Part shown: positions 31,225-41,623 of the stretch, piece after piece
Numbering within the stretch: the stretch's first letter is position 1
How the letters are laid out: each line of letters opens with the position of its first letter
NCBI GenBank assembly: GCA_036918135.1
Contig: JBALDB010000047.1
Coordinates: forward strand, 20,129-84,128
Length of the DNA stretch: 64,000 bases
Origin: Nostoc sp.
Lineage (GTDB): Bacteria; Cyanobacteriota; Cyanobacteriia; Cyanobacteriales; Nostocaceae
Direction of reading: 5' to 3'
Made by a program: the position numbers and the translations under genes
Notes under the pieces: model-generated
What the model saw: the letters and a program-made list of their open reading frames with translations, nothing else
The model's database searches: none
What the model was told of the DNA's origin: nothing

Positions 31225-32434
31225 CTTTTTGAGTCGGAGTATAACTCGGCAAAACTTGAGCAAGTTTTGCATCATCTATATACAGATGACGTTCCAATAC
31301 AGTAGAAATAATATCTCGAAAATCAGTAGTGATTGCTAAGTCTCGCTGTTGATATAGTTGGCTTGTCGATAGACCAGGCCATTTACCATAAACTTTACCA
31401 CCACGAACACCGCCCAAAACCCACATCACATTTCCATGTCCGTGGTCAGTGCCACCATTACCATTTTCTTCGACTGTACGACCAAATTCGGACATTACCA
31501 TAATTACTGTGTTTGGATAAACTGCTCCTAAACCTTTTACTAAAACTGCTAAACCATCTCCTAGTTTTTGCAAGTCTTGTGCCAACTGTCCTTGACTACT
31601 ACCCTGATTAACGTGGGTATCCCAACCACCCAAAGCCATGAATCCAAGCTCAATTCTGGGGTCTTTCACCATTAATTTTGCCAGCCGTTGAGCATCTCTA
31701 GCAAAGCCATAGGGTAAAGGCGCGCCATTATTCGCCATTTTCATTTCTGCATCTAAGTCATTCATTAAAGCCTGACGTGCCATTTTGCCCTCACGATAGG
31801 TCTGACTCAAGGCATCATTACTACTATAAAGTTTGTCAAAGGCGGTTCTAACTTGGGGACGATCGAGTGGTAGACGCGTGCTAGAGTTGTTACCTAATGC
31901 TAAATTGGCTACAGGCATTCGCCCAGATAAAATTGCAGGTGTCGTTGGGCCTACACTCACCGCTTGAATTGGTGTATGTCCAGAAAGTACGCCCAATAGC
32001 CGATTCATCCAACCATCATCACTTCGTTTGACACCAGGAATACCACTTTCCATATAGAATTGAGCATCAAAGTGCGATCGCGTTGGGTCTGAAGAACCAG
32101 ATGCATGAACAAATGCTAAACTTTTGTCCTGCCAAAAGGGCATCAAGGCCGCCAACGCTGGATGCAATCCAAAACGCCCATCTAAATCTAAAACTCCTCC
32201 CTCCTTTCCAGGTTGGGGTATGGCAATTTTTGGTCTTGCTTGATAATAAGCTGTTTCTGAGTAGGGAACTACTACACTTAAACCATCTACTGCTCCCCGG
32301 AGAAAGATAACAATTAATCGTTTTGGGTTACTGTTGGAAGTAGCGGATCTGGCTATCCAAGCATTGCTACTGATAGCTGCAATGGCTGAAGCAGAAAATA
32401 TTCCCGATTGAATTAAAAAATCACGTCGTTTCAT
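31211..32434 (-). CDS. DUF1501 family protein (Tat signal)
   Basis: MKRRDFL, LRGAVDGL, RSHFDAQ, GGWDTH, SEFGRT..NGNGGTDHG. Confidence 0.92.
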   Translation of the reverse strand: MKRRDFLIQSGIFSASAIAAISSNAWIARSATSNSNPKRLIVIFLRGAVDGLSVVVPYSETAYYQARPKIAIPQPGKEGGVLDLDGRFGLHPALAALMPFWQDKSLAFVHASGSSDPTRSHFDAQFYMESGIPGVKRSDDGWMNRLLGVLSGHTPIQAVSVGPTTPAILSGRMPVANLALGNNSSTRLPLDRPQVRTAFDKLYSSNDALSQTYREGKMARQALMNDLDAEMKMANNGAPLPYGFARDAQRLAKLMVKDPRIELGFMALGGWDTHVNQGSSQGQLAQDLQKLGDGLAVLVKGLGAVYPNTVIMVMSEFGRTVEENGNGGTDHGHGNVMWVLGGVRGGKVYGKWPGLSTSQLYQQRDLAITTDFRDIISTVLERHLYIDDAKLAQVLPSYTPTQKVTLI

Positions 32435-32477
32435 ATTTCAAAATCCTCAGTTATCAGGTGTTGGGCTGTAGCGGATT

Positions 32478-33986
32478 TTAACGTTGCATAAATTCAGGAC
32501 TACCTAAGATTAATGCCGCCCTCAGTTGTGGAGGACTGGAGGCGATCGCACTTTGGGTTCGAGGAGAAAAAGAATTACCCAATGTATCGGCTAGTTGTAA
32601 AGCATCTACAGGTTGAATGGGATTAATTTGGTCGTTGTTATCTTGCTCCATCGGTATTGTCGATAGCTGCAAACGCCCAGAAGCGATCGCAGTCGCAAAG
32701 CCCAGACGGCGGTTCATTGCCTCCGGATTCAACCATGCTTGTTGGGTGTTTTTATAACCTTCTGGAGTTTGATAGCCATAGAGGGGCATTCCCAATTGTT
32801 GTAATATCTTGACAATTGGTTTGGTATTTTTTACTTCGCTACCCGTTGCCCGTACCGCAGATATAGCATATTCATAAGGCGTTTTGAATTTGGTATTGAA
32901 GTTTTTCGAGTCCCAAAATTCTTTACTGTGGAATAAGGTATCTAACACAGCACGAATATCGCCATCGGTGGATAGAAACCGCTCTGTCAGATGGTCTACT
33001 AAAGCACTAGGCGGGTTATCCTGGACAAAATACTGAGCTAATTTGTAACTTATATGATGTGCTGTAGCGGGACTGCGAGCTAAAATATCTAGGGCTTGTT
33101 CTCCCTCAGCCATCCCACTGCCCTTAATTGTCTGCTTGAGGAAAACTTTGTCACTAAAATCATGCCGCTTCGGGTCGAAGTAAAATCCCGAACTATCATT
33201 TATCTGCTGCTTAGGACGACTAAATCCCCAACCAGTTAAAATTCGTGCTAAAGCAATCACATCTTGCTGGGTATAGCCGCCATCCACGCCAAGGGTGTGT
33301 AACTCCATTAGCTCGCGGGCGTAATTCTCGTTCAAACCCTGGAATCTCCCACGAGCGCCAGGGCTACCGGGAGCAGTATTCTGCCAATTGTCTAAGTAAA
33401 ATAGCATCGCTGGATGGCGAGCCGTCGCTGCCAATAAATCACGAAAGCGACCAAGGGCGTAGGGTCTAATTGCTTGTTGTTCGTAAGCACCCACCAACAA
33501 GCGATCGCGTCCTTTGTTTGCATATACATTGAAGTGGTTATACCAGAAGTCCACCATCACTTCTTGTAGTTGTCTGTTACTTGTAGTCGCTTGTAATAAT
33601 CGTGCCTGCACTGACTCTGCTAACACTTCTCTTGCTCTTTTTTGGGCAGCCTCTCTCTGTTCGGGAGTAAGTTTCTGTCCTGGAGAAGTTCTGCTGTATT
33701 CATTCAGTAGTTGTGCTGAACTCAGTTGTAAACTTTTTAGCTGTGAAAGCTGAGCGTTAAGACTTGGCGATTCCGGGATAGAATTGGGTGAGAGTTGTTG
33801 TTGAATGTAACGCTCTACACCCATCGACTCAACTTTTTGGATATCACCTGGGCGAGGGCCAAAACTGAGGCGATTAATTATATGTATTACTTTGGGGTCA
33901 ACAGGTGCGTTAGCTGCATTACTCGGAGCAATACCTCCTAGTGAGATAAATAGCAGCAATACTAAGTATTTTAGCTTCCAAGTCAT
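32478..33986 (-). CDS. DUF1800 family protein
   Basis: RLSFGP, FWYNHFNV, PAMLFYLDN, NENYARELMELHTLG, KFKTP; start placed at MTWKLK. Confidence 0.92.
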   Translation of the reverse strand: MTWKLKYLVLLLFISLGGIAPSNAANAPVDPKVIHIINRLSFGPRPGDIQKVESMGVERYIQQQLSPNSIPESPSLNAQLSQLKSLQLSSAQLLNEYSRTSPGQKLTPEQREAAQKRAREVLAESVQARLLQATTSNRQLQEVMVDFWYNHFNVYANKGRDRLLVGAYEQQAIRPYALGRFRDLLAATARHPAMLFYLDNWQNTAPGSPGARGRFQGLNENYARELMELHTLGVDGGYTQQDVIALARILTGWGFSRPKQQINDSSGFYFDPKRHDFSDKVFLKQTIKGSGMAEGEQALDILARSPATAHHISYKLAQYFVQDNPPSALVDHLTERFLSTDGDIRAVLDTLFHSKEFWDSKNFNTKFKTPYEYAISAVRATGSEVKNTKPIVKILQQLGMPLYGYQTPEGYKNTQQAWLNPEAMNRRLGFATAIASGRLQLSTIPMEQDNNDQINPIQPVDALQLADTLGNSFSPRTQSAIASSPPQLRAALILGSPEFMQR

Positions 33987-33990
33987 AGAA

Positions 33991-34458
33991 TTAATTTTGC
34001 TTTGGCAACTGATTGGGTGCGGGTTTCTTGTACATGCGATCGGCAAATTTCTGACGTTGAGCGGGATTTAAGATTTCGCGGATGGCAAGAGTATTCTCAA
34101 ACTGAGCATCAGCAAGCTGCTGTTTTATAACTTTGATTTGGTTGTATTTATCGCGTACCTGTTGAGTGGAAGCCGTCCCCGCTATCAGGTCACGTAATTC
34201 CTGTTGTGCTTGACGCACTGCCTGCCTTTTTTGCGTCATCTGCTGTTTTGATTGAGTGCGAATCTGCTTAATTTGTTGTATTTGCTGTGGTGTCAAGCTC
34301 AAATCTTTAATCCATCCCCCTGTGCGATGCCCAGGAGGCGAATTTGTAGGGATTTGAGCAATGACTTGGTGTGATAAAGTTGGTTTGGTCAAAGCGATCG
34401 CACTACCACCAAGAGTAATAATCATAGCTGCGGCGATCGCTACACGATTTAACAACAT
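33991..34458 (-). CDS. Spy/CpxP-family periplasmic chaperone
   Basis: Signal peptide, LSLTPQQ and ILNPAQR (LTxxQ) motifs. Confidence 0.85.
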   Translation of the reverse strand: MLLNRVAIAAAMIITLGGSAIALTKPTLSHQVIAQIPTNSPPGHRTGGWIKDLSLTPQQIQQIKQIRTQSKQQMTQKRQAVRQAQQELRDLIAGTASTQQVRDKYNQIKVIKQQLADAQFENTLAIREILNPAQRQKFADRMYKKPAPNQLPKQN

Positions 34459-34488
34459 CAAAGTTAGCTCCCTTAAATTTTAAGTAAA

Positions 34489-34827
34489 TTAATCGCTATT
34501 TAAATTTGTAAAATGCCACAGATCGCTTTCTGGATATTCGTTAACAGTACCTTGCCAATTACTTTCGATAAAAGTTTGCAAAGTGGCAAGTTCGGCCTCG
34601 CTCGGTTTGGCAGGCACTAAGGCACGGTAGCTGACAAAAGCAGCTACTAATCCAGCTGCAATCACAGGTGGAACTAGCCAAAGCCGGGAATGATGAGGTA
34701 AAGGTTGAATTGATGTTTCCACCTGTTGGAGAATTTTCTGTGACAAATCAGGGGAAGCTGGGGGAACTTCTGGGCGATGTTGACGCACAAAGTTAACCAA
34801 GTCTCGGTCATCATCAGGATTAGTCAT
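34489..34827 (-). CDS. Putative membrane anti-sigma factor
   Basis: Single TM helix; overlaps the ECF sigma stop codon. Confidence 0.7.
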   Translation of the reverse strand: MTNPDDDRDLVNFVRQHRPEVPPASPDLSQKILQQVETSIQPLPHHSRLWLVPPVIAAGLVAAFVSYRALVPAKPSEAELATLQTFIESNWQGTVNEYPESDLWHFTNLNSD

Positions 34828-35420
34828 AGCTGGACTCCTTGTTGCTGAAGAAATTGACGCATCGCAGCACGGGCATGGAATAGGCGAGACTTAACTGTTC
34901 CTATAGGAATGGCTAGAATTTCTGCAATCTCTTTTTGCGGAACTTCCTCTAGGTCATGTAAAACTATTATCGTGCGGTGGTCAAAGCTGAGATTTGCCAA
35001 TCCCCGTTGGACTAAATCTTGATAATGCAAATTTATAATATTTGGGGCTTCTTGTTGCGTAGAAGTTTTTTCGCCCAAAGATTGCAATTGAGTCCGTCGC
35101 TGGACAGTTGCCTGTCGCTCGTCAGCAGCCAAATTCCAAGCAATTCGGTAAAGCCAAGTAGAAAATTTTGCAGTTTGACGAAACTTGGGCAGTCCTTTCC
35201 AAGCTCGTAAAAACACTTCCTGCACTATATCATCAAGGCAGGATGGATCGCATAGTTGATAGAGAATTGACCTTACCCTTTGCTGATGGCGACAATAAAG
35301 TTGCCCGTAGCTTTGGGTATCACCCCCCAGACACCGCTGTACCAAATAACTATCAATTTCGTTTTCTGATTTGCCGTTGAATTGGCTATCCCGTGAAACC
35401 TTGGTTGGCACAATTAACAC
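34824..35420 (-). CDS. ECF sigma-70 factor
   Basis: DDIVQEVFLRAW, FSTWLYRIA, EIAEILAIPIGTVKSRLFHAR. Confidence 0.92.
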   Translation of the reverse strand: MLIVPTKVSRDSQFNGKSENEIDSYLVQRCLGGDTQSYGQLYCRHQQRVRSILYQLCDPSCLDDIVQEVFLRAWKGLPKFRQTAKFSTWLYRIAWNLAADERQATVQRRTQLQSLGEKTSTQQEAPNIINLHYQDLVQRGLANLSFDHRTIIVLHDLEEVPQKEIAEILAIPIGTVKSRLFHARAAMRQFLQQQGVQL

Positions 35421-35522
35421 CTGAGGCGTTCTCCTGCATCCGTTTCGTGGCTTGTAATTATTAGACCGGATGAGTAGGAGAAAGGTTCAAAAGGGACTTC
35501 CAATTAAATAACTTTCAAGATT

Positions 35523-37814
35523 TCACTCTAGAGATAAAATTTCTTCCTCGTCTTCATGCAACAAACGTTTTTCAAACTCCTCCTCTAAAGTCTGCTTGCT
35601 AAAGTGAGGAAAAACTATGTCATAAAACAATTCTTGAACTGCTTTACCTTTATTTTTAAGCAAATGCTGATAATCTTTTTCAACAGAATTTTTTCGTCTT
35701 TGACAACGTTCCTCTGCTGAAGACTGCTGCTGATGAATATCAGGTAGCCAAGTGGAGTGTATTGTCATGGCGAGATTCAACGGGTGTTCAGCATCTAGTC
35801 GAGCGCTCAGTCGGTAAATAGGTTTACTAAAATCATCTGCATAGAAAATCCAAAACTCATCTGTGGCACGGTCAGATTGAGTAGGGTCATCTGGATCTAA
35901 CATCACAGCGCACACAATAAAGCCATGAATCGACTCATTTATATCTTCAGGACAGGGAAGAGAGCTAGGAATAAATTGTGTTGAACTGACATAAGTTCCA
36001 GAGGGGAATTGATAAGAATCAGCAATTTTCATCTGCTGTGTATCTAAACGTAGCAGAGTAATTGGTTTGTTTTCCTCTGGTAATTTTTTAACTGGAACAA
36101 CTCTACTTGGATCTGATTTGTAAGCATCATAGATGCGCTGAGGTATCAGTTCCCATGTAAACCCTAAAGATAGCCAGTAAATGTTTTTTACTTGTTGGGC
36201 TGTTTCTGTTAACGAATCGCGGTTGAGATCCCGATGAGTATATATAGATAGCGCCCAAGTTGATTCAGGATCTTGGACTGTTTTACAACTTTCTATTTGT
36301 CCTGTTTCTCCATCAACCACATATCGTCCTAGAGAACCTAAATCTGTCGAACCAACCATCATTCCCTCTAAATCCTGACGAAATGACTTTCCTGGGACAG
36401 GGCGATCGTAATGTGTAATCCATTCAGTTACATCCCAACCGTTAACATGACCAACGTGAAGCGTAATTTTACCATCGGGATTACTATAATCAGCAGCAAA
36501 ATGCGAAATTTCCCGTGGAAGCTTCACTTTTTGAACAGTAATTTTGGGAATATTCTCAGGTATAGTTTCTGTAGGATTACCTTGATTTTCTTGCTCTAAG
36601 TCTTGGCGATTAACAATATATAAGTTAGCAAAGGGAAGAGGTCTAATACCCTGGAGAAAAATAGAATAAATCAATCTACCCAATGCCAGATTTTTACTAT
36701 ACTTCCATAATTTTAAAAATCCAAATAGAAAAGGTGAGAATATTTGAGAAAATTCCATCTTAAAAGCAATATCACCTAGAATAATGTATTGCTCCGTTAT
36801 TGCTAATTGATGTAGTGACTGTTCAACTAATACTGGTTGACCATCAGGTAATACTAATCGCCAACGTTCCATTTTAGAATTTAAACCTTTTGGCACATCT
36901 TCAAATCTATATCGAATTAAATATGTAAAACGTCCAAGTTCCTGCCTGGGATTAAATTCTTGTCTAACCAAAAAATAAAATAACTTGATAAACTTTCGGA
37001 ACCAGTGACTATCCAATACCCAGTTTACTTGGTCTTTAAATTTGCCATTATAACCTGTTGAATAATTGGTTGTGAAAAGCTCATCTTGTTTATTGTTTAA
37101 TTTACTAACGTCAGTAACATAATGGGCTGAGTTAATATAAACCTCAAACATATTAATCCATGTCAGTTTAGAGATAACTGGAAAAATGCTGAACCACTCC
37201 TGTGTTGAACCTGCTGGTTCTAAAAGTTCCATGCTATCTGGGTCAAGTCGGTAAGGACGACCTGCATCAATTGTAAGTAAAAGATTGTCTCTAGACTTTA
37301 AGAATGCTGTATTTAATTGATTTCGGGAACCTAAAACAATACTAAAACGACTTTGTCCACCATCACGAAAAGCAGCAAAATAGGAAAATAATTTATATTT
37401 TTTTACAAAATATGAGCGGATTTTTTTATTCAAAATCCAATCTAATATATAAAATTTTGTGGCTGGATCTGCATAGTAACAGGGAGTTTTGGCTATTCTA
37501 GTTTTGAGTATTGCTTTGCCATCTTCAAAGCCTAAGCGATAAACCATCCCATCACCTGTATACAGTTGCGTTCCCTCTTCGTCTGGTCTATCTTCAGCTT
37601 GAAATAAAGCTCCGACAATGAATGCATAACCATATAAACCTGGTGGTAATTCGGCCAATGGTAGTTCGGTTAGTGGAACGATTTTATCTTTATTTTCTTG
37701 TTTACGAATTTCAAGATTCCAGCAGTTTTCTTTCCGGCTGGTTTTAATCACAGATTTTGGAATATGAAAATTTTTTGAAGATTGTGGAATACAATTAGAA
37801 TCTTTACTCACCAT
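35523..37814 (-). CDS. Long divergent carotenoid cleavage oxygenase (RPE65 family)
   Basis: GDGMVYRL, DAGRPY, four candidate Fe-His (NSAHY, SLHQL, ISHFA, TIHSTW). Confidence 0.8.
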   Translation of the reverse strand: MVSKDSNCIPQSSKNFHIPKSVIKTSRKENCWNLEIRKQENKDKIVPLTELPLAELPPGLYGYAFIVGALFQAEDRPDEEGTQLYTGDGMVYRLGFEDGKAILKTRIAKTPCYYADPATKFYILDWILNKKIRSYFVKKYKLFSYFAAFRDGGQSRFSIVLGSRNQLNTAFLKSRDNLLLTIDAGRPYRLDPDSMELLEPAGSTQEWFSIFPVISKLTWINMFEVYINSAHYVTDVSKLNNKQDELFTTNYSTGYNGKFKDQVNWVLDSHWFRKFIKLFYFLVRQEFNPRQELGRFTYLIRYRFEDVPKGLNSKMERWRLVLPDGQPVLVEQSLHQLAITEQYIILGDIAFKMEFSQIFSPFLFGFLKLWKYSKNLALGRLIYSIFLQGIRPLPFANLYIVNRQDLEQENQGNPTETIPENIPKITVQKVKLPREISHFAADYSNPDGKITLHVGHVNGWDVTEWITHYDRPVPGKSFRQDLEGMMVGSTDLGSLGRYVVDGETGQIESCKTVQDPESTWALSIYTHRDLNRDSLTETAQQVKNIYWLSLGFTWELIPQRIYDAYKSDPSRVVPVKKLPEENKPITLLRLDTQQMKIADSYQFPSGTYVSSTQFIPSSLPCPEDINESIHGFIVCAVMLDPDDPTQSDRATDEFWIFYADDFSKPIYRLSARLDAEHPLNLAMTIHSTWLPDIHQQQSSAEERCQRRKNSVEKDYQHLLKNKGKAVQELFYDIVFPHFSKQTLEEEFEKRLLHEDEEEILSLE

Positions 37815-37980
37815 TTAATATATCTCCAACAAAAATACTTAATTAATCAAGAATAAAAATGTCCATTATCTTTTTGATAACCATAAAGATATTTAGCAAG
37901 TTAAATTCCCTAAATATTTGGGAAACTTCAACATTGGCATTGTGAAGAAAAATAGTTTATTATTAATAGATTAGATGAAT

Positions 37981-37994
37981 GTAACTTAGCATAC
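37981..37994 (-). promoter_or_regulatory. Possible NtcA box upstream of the carotenoid oxygenase
   Basis: tGTA-ACTTAGCA-TAC, with a TAAACT (TAN3T) 21 nt downstream on the minus strand. Confidence 0.3.
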
Positions 37995-38047
37995 TATAGC
38001 TCTGTAATTTTATTAAGTAATTCTAAAGAATAACTACACTTGAAAAA

Positions 38048-41000
38048 CTAAACTGCACCGAGTTCCCTTAACATTGCTAATTGAGCTGGAGTCAAACCAC
38101 TAGCTCCTGTAATCTTCATCCCTTCGTATGGTCTTTTGGCTTTCAGTATCCGCAGACAAGTTCCCAATCGCATATTCCATAGTCTAATTGTTTCATCCTC
38201 ACTGGCGCTGGCAAGTATTGAACTATCCTCAGAGAAAGCAACTGACCATACCCAATTTGAGTGACCGCTGAGAGTTTTTAGACAACTTCCTTGTTCAACA
38301 TCCCAAATTTTTACAGTTTGGTCGCTGGATGCGCTGGCAATCTTTTGACCATCAGGACTAAAGCTAACAGCCATTACCCAGTTTGTGTGTCCTTTCAATG
38401 TCTGCAAACATTCGCCTGTACTAACATCCCAGATTTTGACTGTTTGGTCGAGACTTGGGCTAGCAAGTAATTTTCCATCAGGACTAAATGCGATCGCTCC
38501 TATTCTTCCTGTATGTCCTTGCAATATTTTGATACATTGGTCTTCTTGGAAATCCCAAAGTCTAATAGTGCAGTCGTCGCTGCCACTAGCCAAAATTTCT
38601 CCTGAAGGGTTGAAAGCTACCGCCGCAACTCGATCTGTGTGTCCCTGTAAAGTTAGACGACACTCACTGAGGCTAAGATCCCATAATTTTACGGTATGGT
38701 CAAAACTGCTACTAGCTAGCAGCTTGCCATCAGGGCTAAAGTCTAATGACCAAACTTCATCTGTATGACCTATGAAAGTATGACAGCATTCACTATTCTT
38801 GAGATTCCAAAGTTTGATACTGGCATCTTGACTGCCTCCGGCAACTATTTCTAAATCAGGGTGAAAAGCTACTGCTGGTAAACCTTGAGAGTATGCTTTG
38901 AACTCGTGTAGACATTTACCGCTCTCCGTGTCCCAGATTCTTAAAGAATTATCTCTGTGTCCACTGGCTAGCATTCGGGCATTTGGACTAAAAGTTACGG
39001 CTTTAACCCAGTTAGTATATCCATAGATACTTGCATTACATCTACCGCTACCAACTTGCCACAGCCTAACGCTTTGGTCTTCACTGGCACTAGCAAGAGT
39101 TTGGTTATCTGGACTGAAAGCAACACTCCAGATTTGGTGGTTGTGACCTTTGAGAGTGTGCAGGCAGGTACTAGTCTCAACATCCCAAATACGGATAGTC
39201 TGGTCAGCACCACAACTAGCAATTAGCCGATTGTCTGTACTCCAAATTGCATCCCATATCCATCCGGTGTGACCTTGAAGAATTCCCAGACATTGATAAT
39301 TTTCAGCGTTCCAAATTCTCACCGTGCGATCGCAGCTACCACTAACTAACAACGCTCCGTTAGGACTAAAGCGAATTGCCCTAACCCAGTTCTCATGCTC
39401 TGTAATCGTATAAAGACATTCTCCGGTTTCAACGTCCCAAATTTTGATGAGATTATCAAAGCTGCCACTCACCAATCGTTTGCCATCTGGACTGAAATGA
39501 ACAGAGATTACACCAGCGCTGTGTCCGTGGAGAATTTTTAGACAACAGCCCTTTGATACCTGCCAAATCCTAATAGTTAAGTCGCCACTTGCACTGGCAA
39601 GCATTGAACCATCCGGACTGAAATGAACAGAAATCACACTGCCCGTATGTTCAGACAAGTGCCAACATCGACCAGACTGTAGATGCCATACTTTAACCGT
39701 TGAATCATCACTACCGCTAGCAAGTAGCTGTCCATCTGGGCTAAAAGCGATCGCTCGTACCCAATTGGTATGTCCTTGGAGTGTTAAAAGACGTTGTCGA
39801 TCTGCAACTTGCCATAAATGAATCTCACAATTAGCATTCCCACTGGCGAAGATTTTGCCATTAGGGCTGAAAGCAACTGACAAAGCTCCACTGAAAGCTT
39901 GTGTGAAAATAGATTTAGAAAAATAACAGTGGGAAAAATCTACATTTTGTAAATTTACATTGTGTAGATATGCTTGACAAATAGTTAAGCGAGAAAAATC
40001 ATAACTACTTAAATTAGCTTGAATTTGTCCTAGAAGATTAAGGATGTTGCCAGCTGCATATCCAGAATGGCTTAAAGCCTCTTGTTTCAATTTCTTGAGA
40101 AGTTCCTGGAATTGCCGCTGAATTTGGTTGGAACTACCTAGAACTAACATCAAATTATCAATAACTGGCCCCAGAATGAGACGAATTTGTGCTTGTCTTA
40201 CATAGTCTTTGCTTTGGGCTTTAATTAAGGCATAATTTCTGATAAGTTCATGGCTTTGATTGAGAATTTCTTTATAGGTGAAAGCTACTAATTTATCGGT
40301 AACATACTCCATTAATACAGGTTGAAGTGTAAAGCGATCGCCCATACGCTCTAAAGGAATCTTCCGTTGCAGTACTCCTAACGTTGCAGGTAGCGCCATC
40401 TTGGCAGTTGATAACATCACATCTTCTCGCAATTCTGCTAAGGTCACTGGCTCTCGATTAATTGCTAACCAGTAGACCACCTCACAGCAAGCGGCGGGGA
40501 GTCGATGAAAGTGCCAGGATAAAAGTTCTTGTAAATCGTGAAAGACTGGCTTGCCTTCCTTTAAAAAATCAGCAATATTGCCAAAAAATACTTCTAGAAT
40601 GTGTTTGCCGACTAGTTGCAGTGCTAGAGGATTGCCATCATAAAGCCCTATCAACTCTCGCCAATCGTCTTCACTAGCTGTAAAATCACCAAGCTCGGCA
40701 ATAATCTGTTTTGCAGCTTCGATATCCAACCCCTGTAAGATTAGGGAGCGCACAGGACGAGTTGGGCCATCCATTAAGATGAGTTCTTGGGGTTTTTCGC
40801 GACTTGTCAGCAGCAAGCAACTCTGATGAGGCACTTCCCCAACTTGTTTAATTAACTGTCCATAGTCTTCATAATCAGCTCGATACCGACCCATCGGGTC
40901 TCCAGCTTGTAGAAGAGTTTCGGCGTTATCTAAAATCAACAGACACCGATGAGTTTTCAAATACTCGATTAACGAAGAGATGCAATCGCTAATCTTCTCT

Positions 41001-41623
41001 GGAAGTGTTATCTGCTCCTGCCTAGAAAGTACTTTAATTAAGTCGGTAAGTAAGTCAGATAAAGGAGGAGCGTTGAGAAGCGATCGCCAGATGACAAACT
41101 CAAACTCATCCTGGATACTCTTGGCTAACTGAAGTGATAAGTCTGTTTTGCCAATCCCACCCAATCCCAGCTTCACAGAAAGATAAGTCTTTCCAATCCC
41201 CCGCATTCCGACAATTGCCACACATCGAGTGCGATCGCGAATAATCCAATCCTCCAGTTTCTCTAATTCCTCTGTGCGACCAAAGAATACTTGCACATCA
41301 GGAGCATCTCCCCAGTCTGCGTAGGAATTGGAAGGTTGGTAATTTGTTGATGGAGCGATTGTATTATTTTGCCGTTGTGCGGCTCGTCTTAGTACTACGT
41401 GCAGATTATTCTTAGTAACTTTTTCACCTAAAACTTGAGAGAGCGATCGCCATAGTTCAGAACCAACATCTTTGATGTGACCGGGATTGTAATCGAACTC
41501 TATAGCCATCTCAAAGTAAGTCTGTCCTGCCCATGATTGAGAAAATACAATATTTTGAACTTTTGTTAAGCTTCCCCGTTCTAATAATTGCTCGACTAGT
41601 GCGATCGCCTCTTCAACCGTCAT
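38048..41623 (-). CDS. wHTH-NB-ARC (STAND ATPase)-WD40 repeat protein
   Basis: DWGDAPDV..FFGR, GxxGIGKT, LLILDNAE, LLLTSRE, GNPLAL, many GH..W...FSPDG repeats. Confidence 0.93.
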   Translation of the reverse strand: MTVEEAIALVEQLLERGSLTKVQNIVFSQSWAGQTYFEMAIEFDYNPGHIKDVGSELWRSLSQVLGEKVTKNNLHVVLRRAAQRQNNTIAPSTNYQPSNSYADWGDAPDVQVFFGRTEELEKLEDWIIRDRTRCVAIVGMRGIGKTYLSVKLGLGGIGKTDLSLQLAKSIQDEFEFVIWRSLLNAPPLSDLLTDLIKVLSRQEQITLPEKISDCISSLIEYLKTHRCLLILDNAETLLQAGDPMGRYRADYEDYGQLIKQVGEVPHQSCLLLTSREKPQELILMDGPTRPVRSLILQGLDIEAAKQIIAELGDFTASEDDWRELIGLYDGNPLALQLVGKHILEVFFGNIADFLKEGKPVFHDLQELLSWHFHRLPAACCEVVYWLAINREPVTLAELREDVMLSTAKMALPATLGVLQRKIPLERMGDRFTLQPVLMEYVTDKLVAFTYKEILNQSHELIRNYALIKAQSKDYVRQAQIRLILGPVIDNLMLVLGSSNQIQRQFQELLKKLKQEALSHSGYAAGNILNLLGQIQANLSSYDFSRLTICQAYLHNVNLQNVDFSHCYFSKSIFTQAFSGALSVAFSPNGKIFASGNANCEIHLWQVADRQRLLTLQGHTNWVRAIAFSPDGQLLASGSDDSTVKVWHLQSGRCWHLSEHTGSVISVHFSPDGSMLASASGDLTIRIWQVSKGCCLKILHGHSAGVISVHFSPDGKRLVSGSFDNLIKIWDVETGECLYTITEHENWVRAIRFSPNGALLVSGSCDRTVRIWNAENYQCLGILQGHTGWIWDAIWSTDNRLIASCGADQTIRIWDVETSTCLHTLKGHNHQIWSVAFSPDNQTLASASEDQSVRLWQVGSGRCNASIYGYTNWVKAVTFSPNARMLASGHRDNSLRIWDTESGKCLHEFKAYSQGLPAVAFHPDLEIVAGGSQDASIKLWNLKNSECCHTFIGHTDEVWSLDFSPDGKLLASSSFDHTVKLWDLSLSECRLTLQGHTDRVAAVAFNPSGEILASGSDDCTIRLWDFQEDQCIKILQGHTGRIGAIAFSPDGKLLASPSLDQTVKIWDVSTGECLQTLKGHTNWVMAVSFSPDGQKIASASSDQTVKIWDVEQGSCLKTLSGHSNWVWSVAFSEDSSILASASEDETIRLWNMRLGTCLRILKAKRPYEGMKITGASGLTPAQLAMLRELGAV

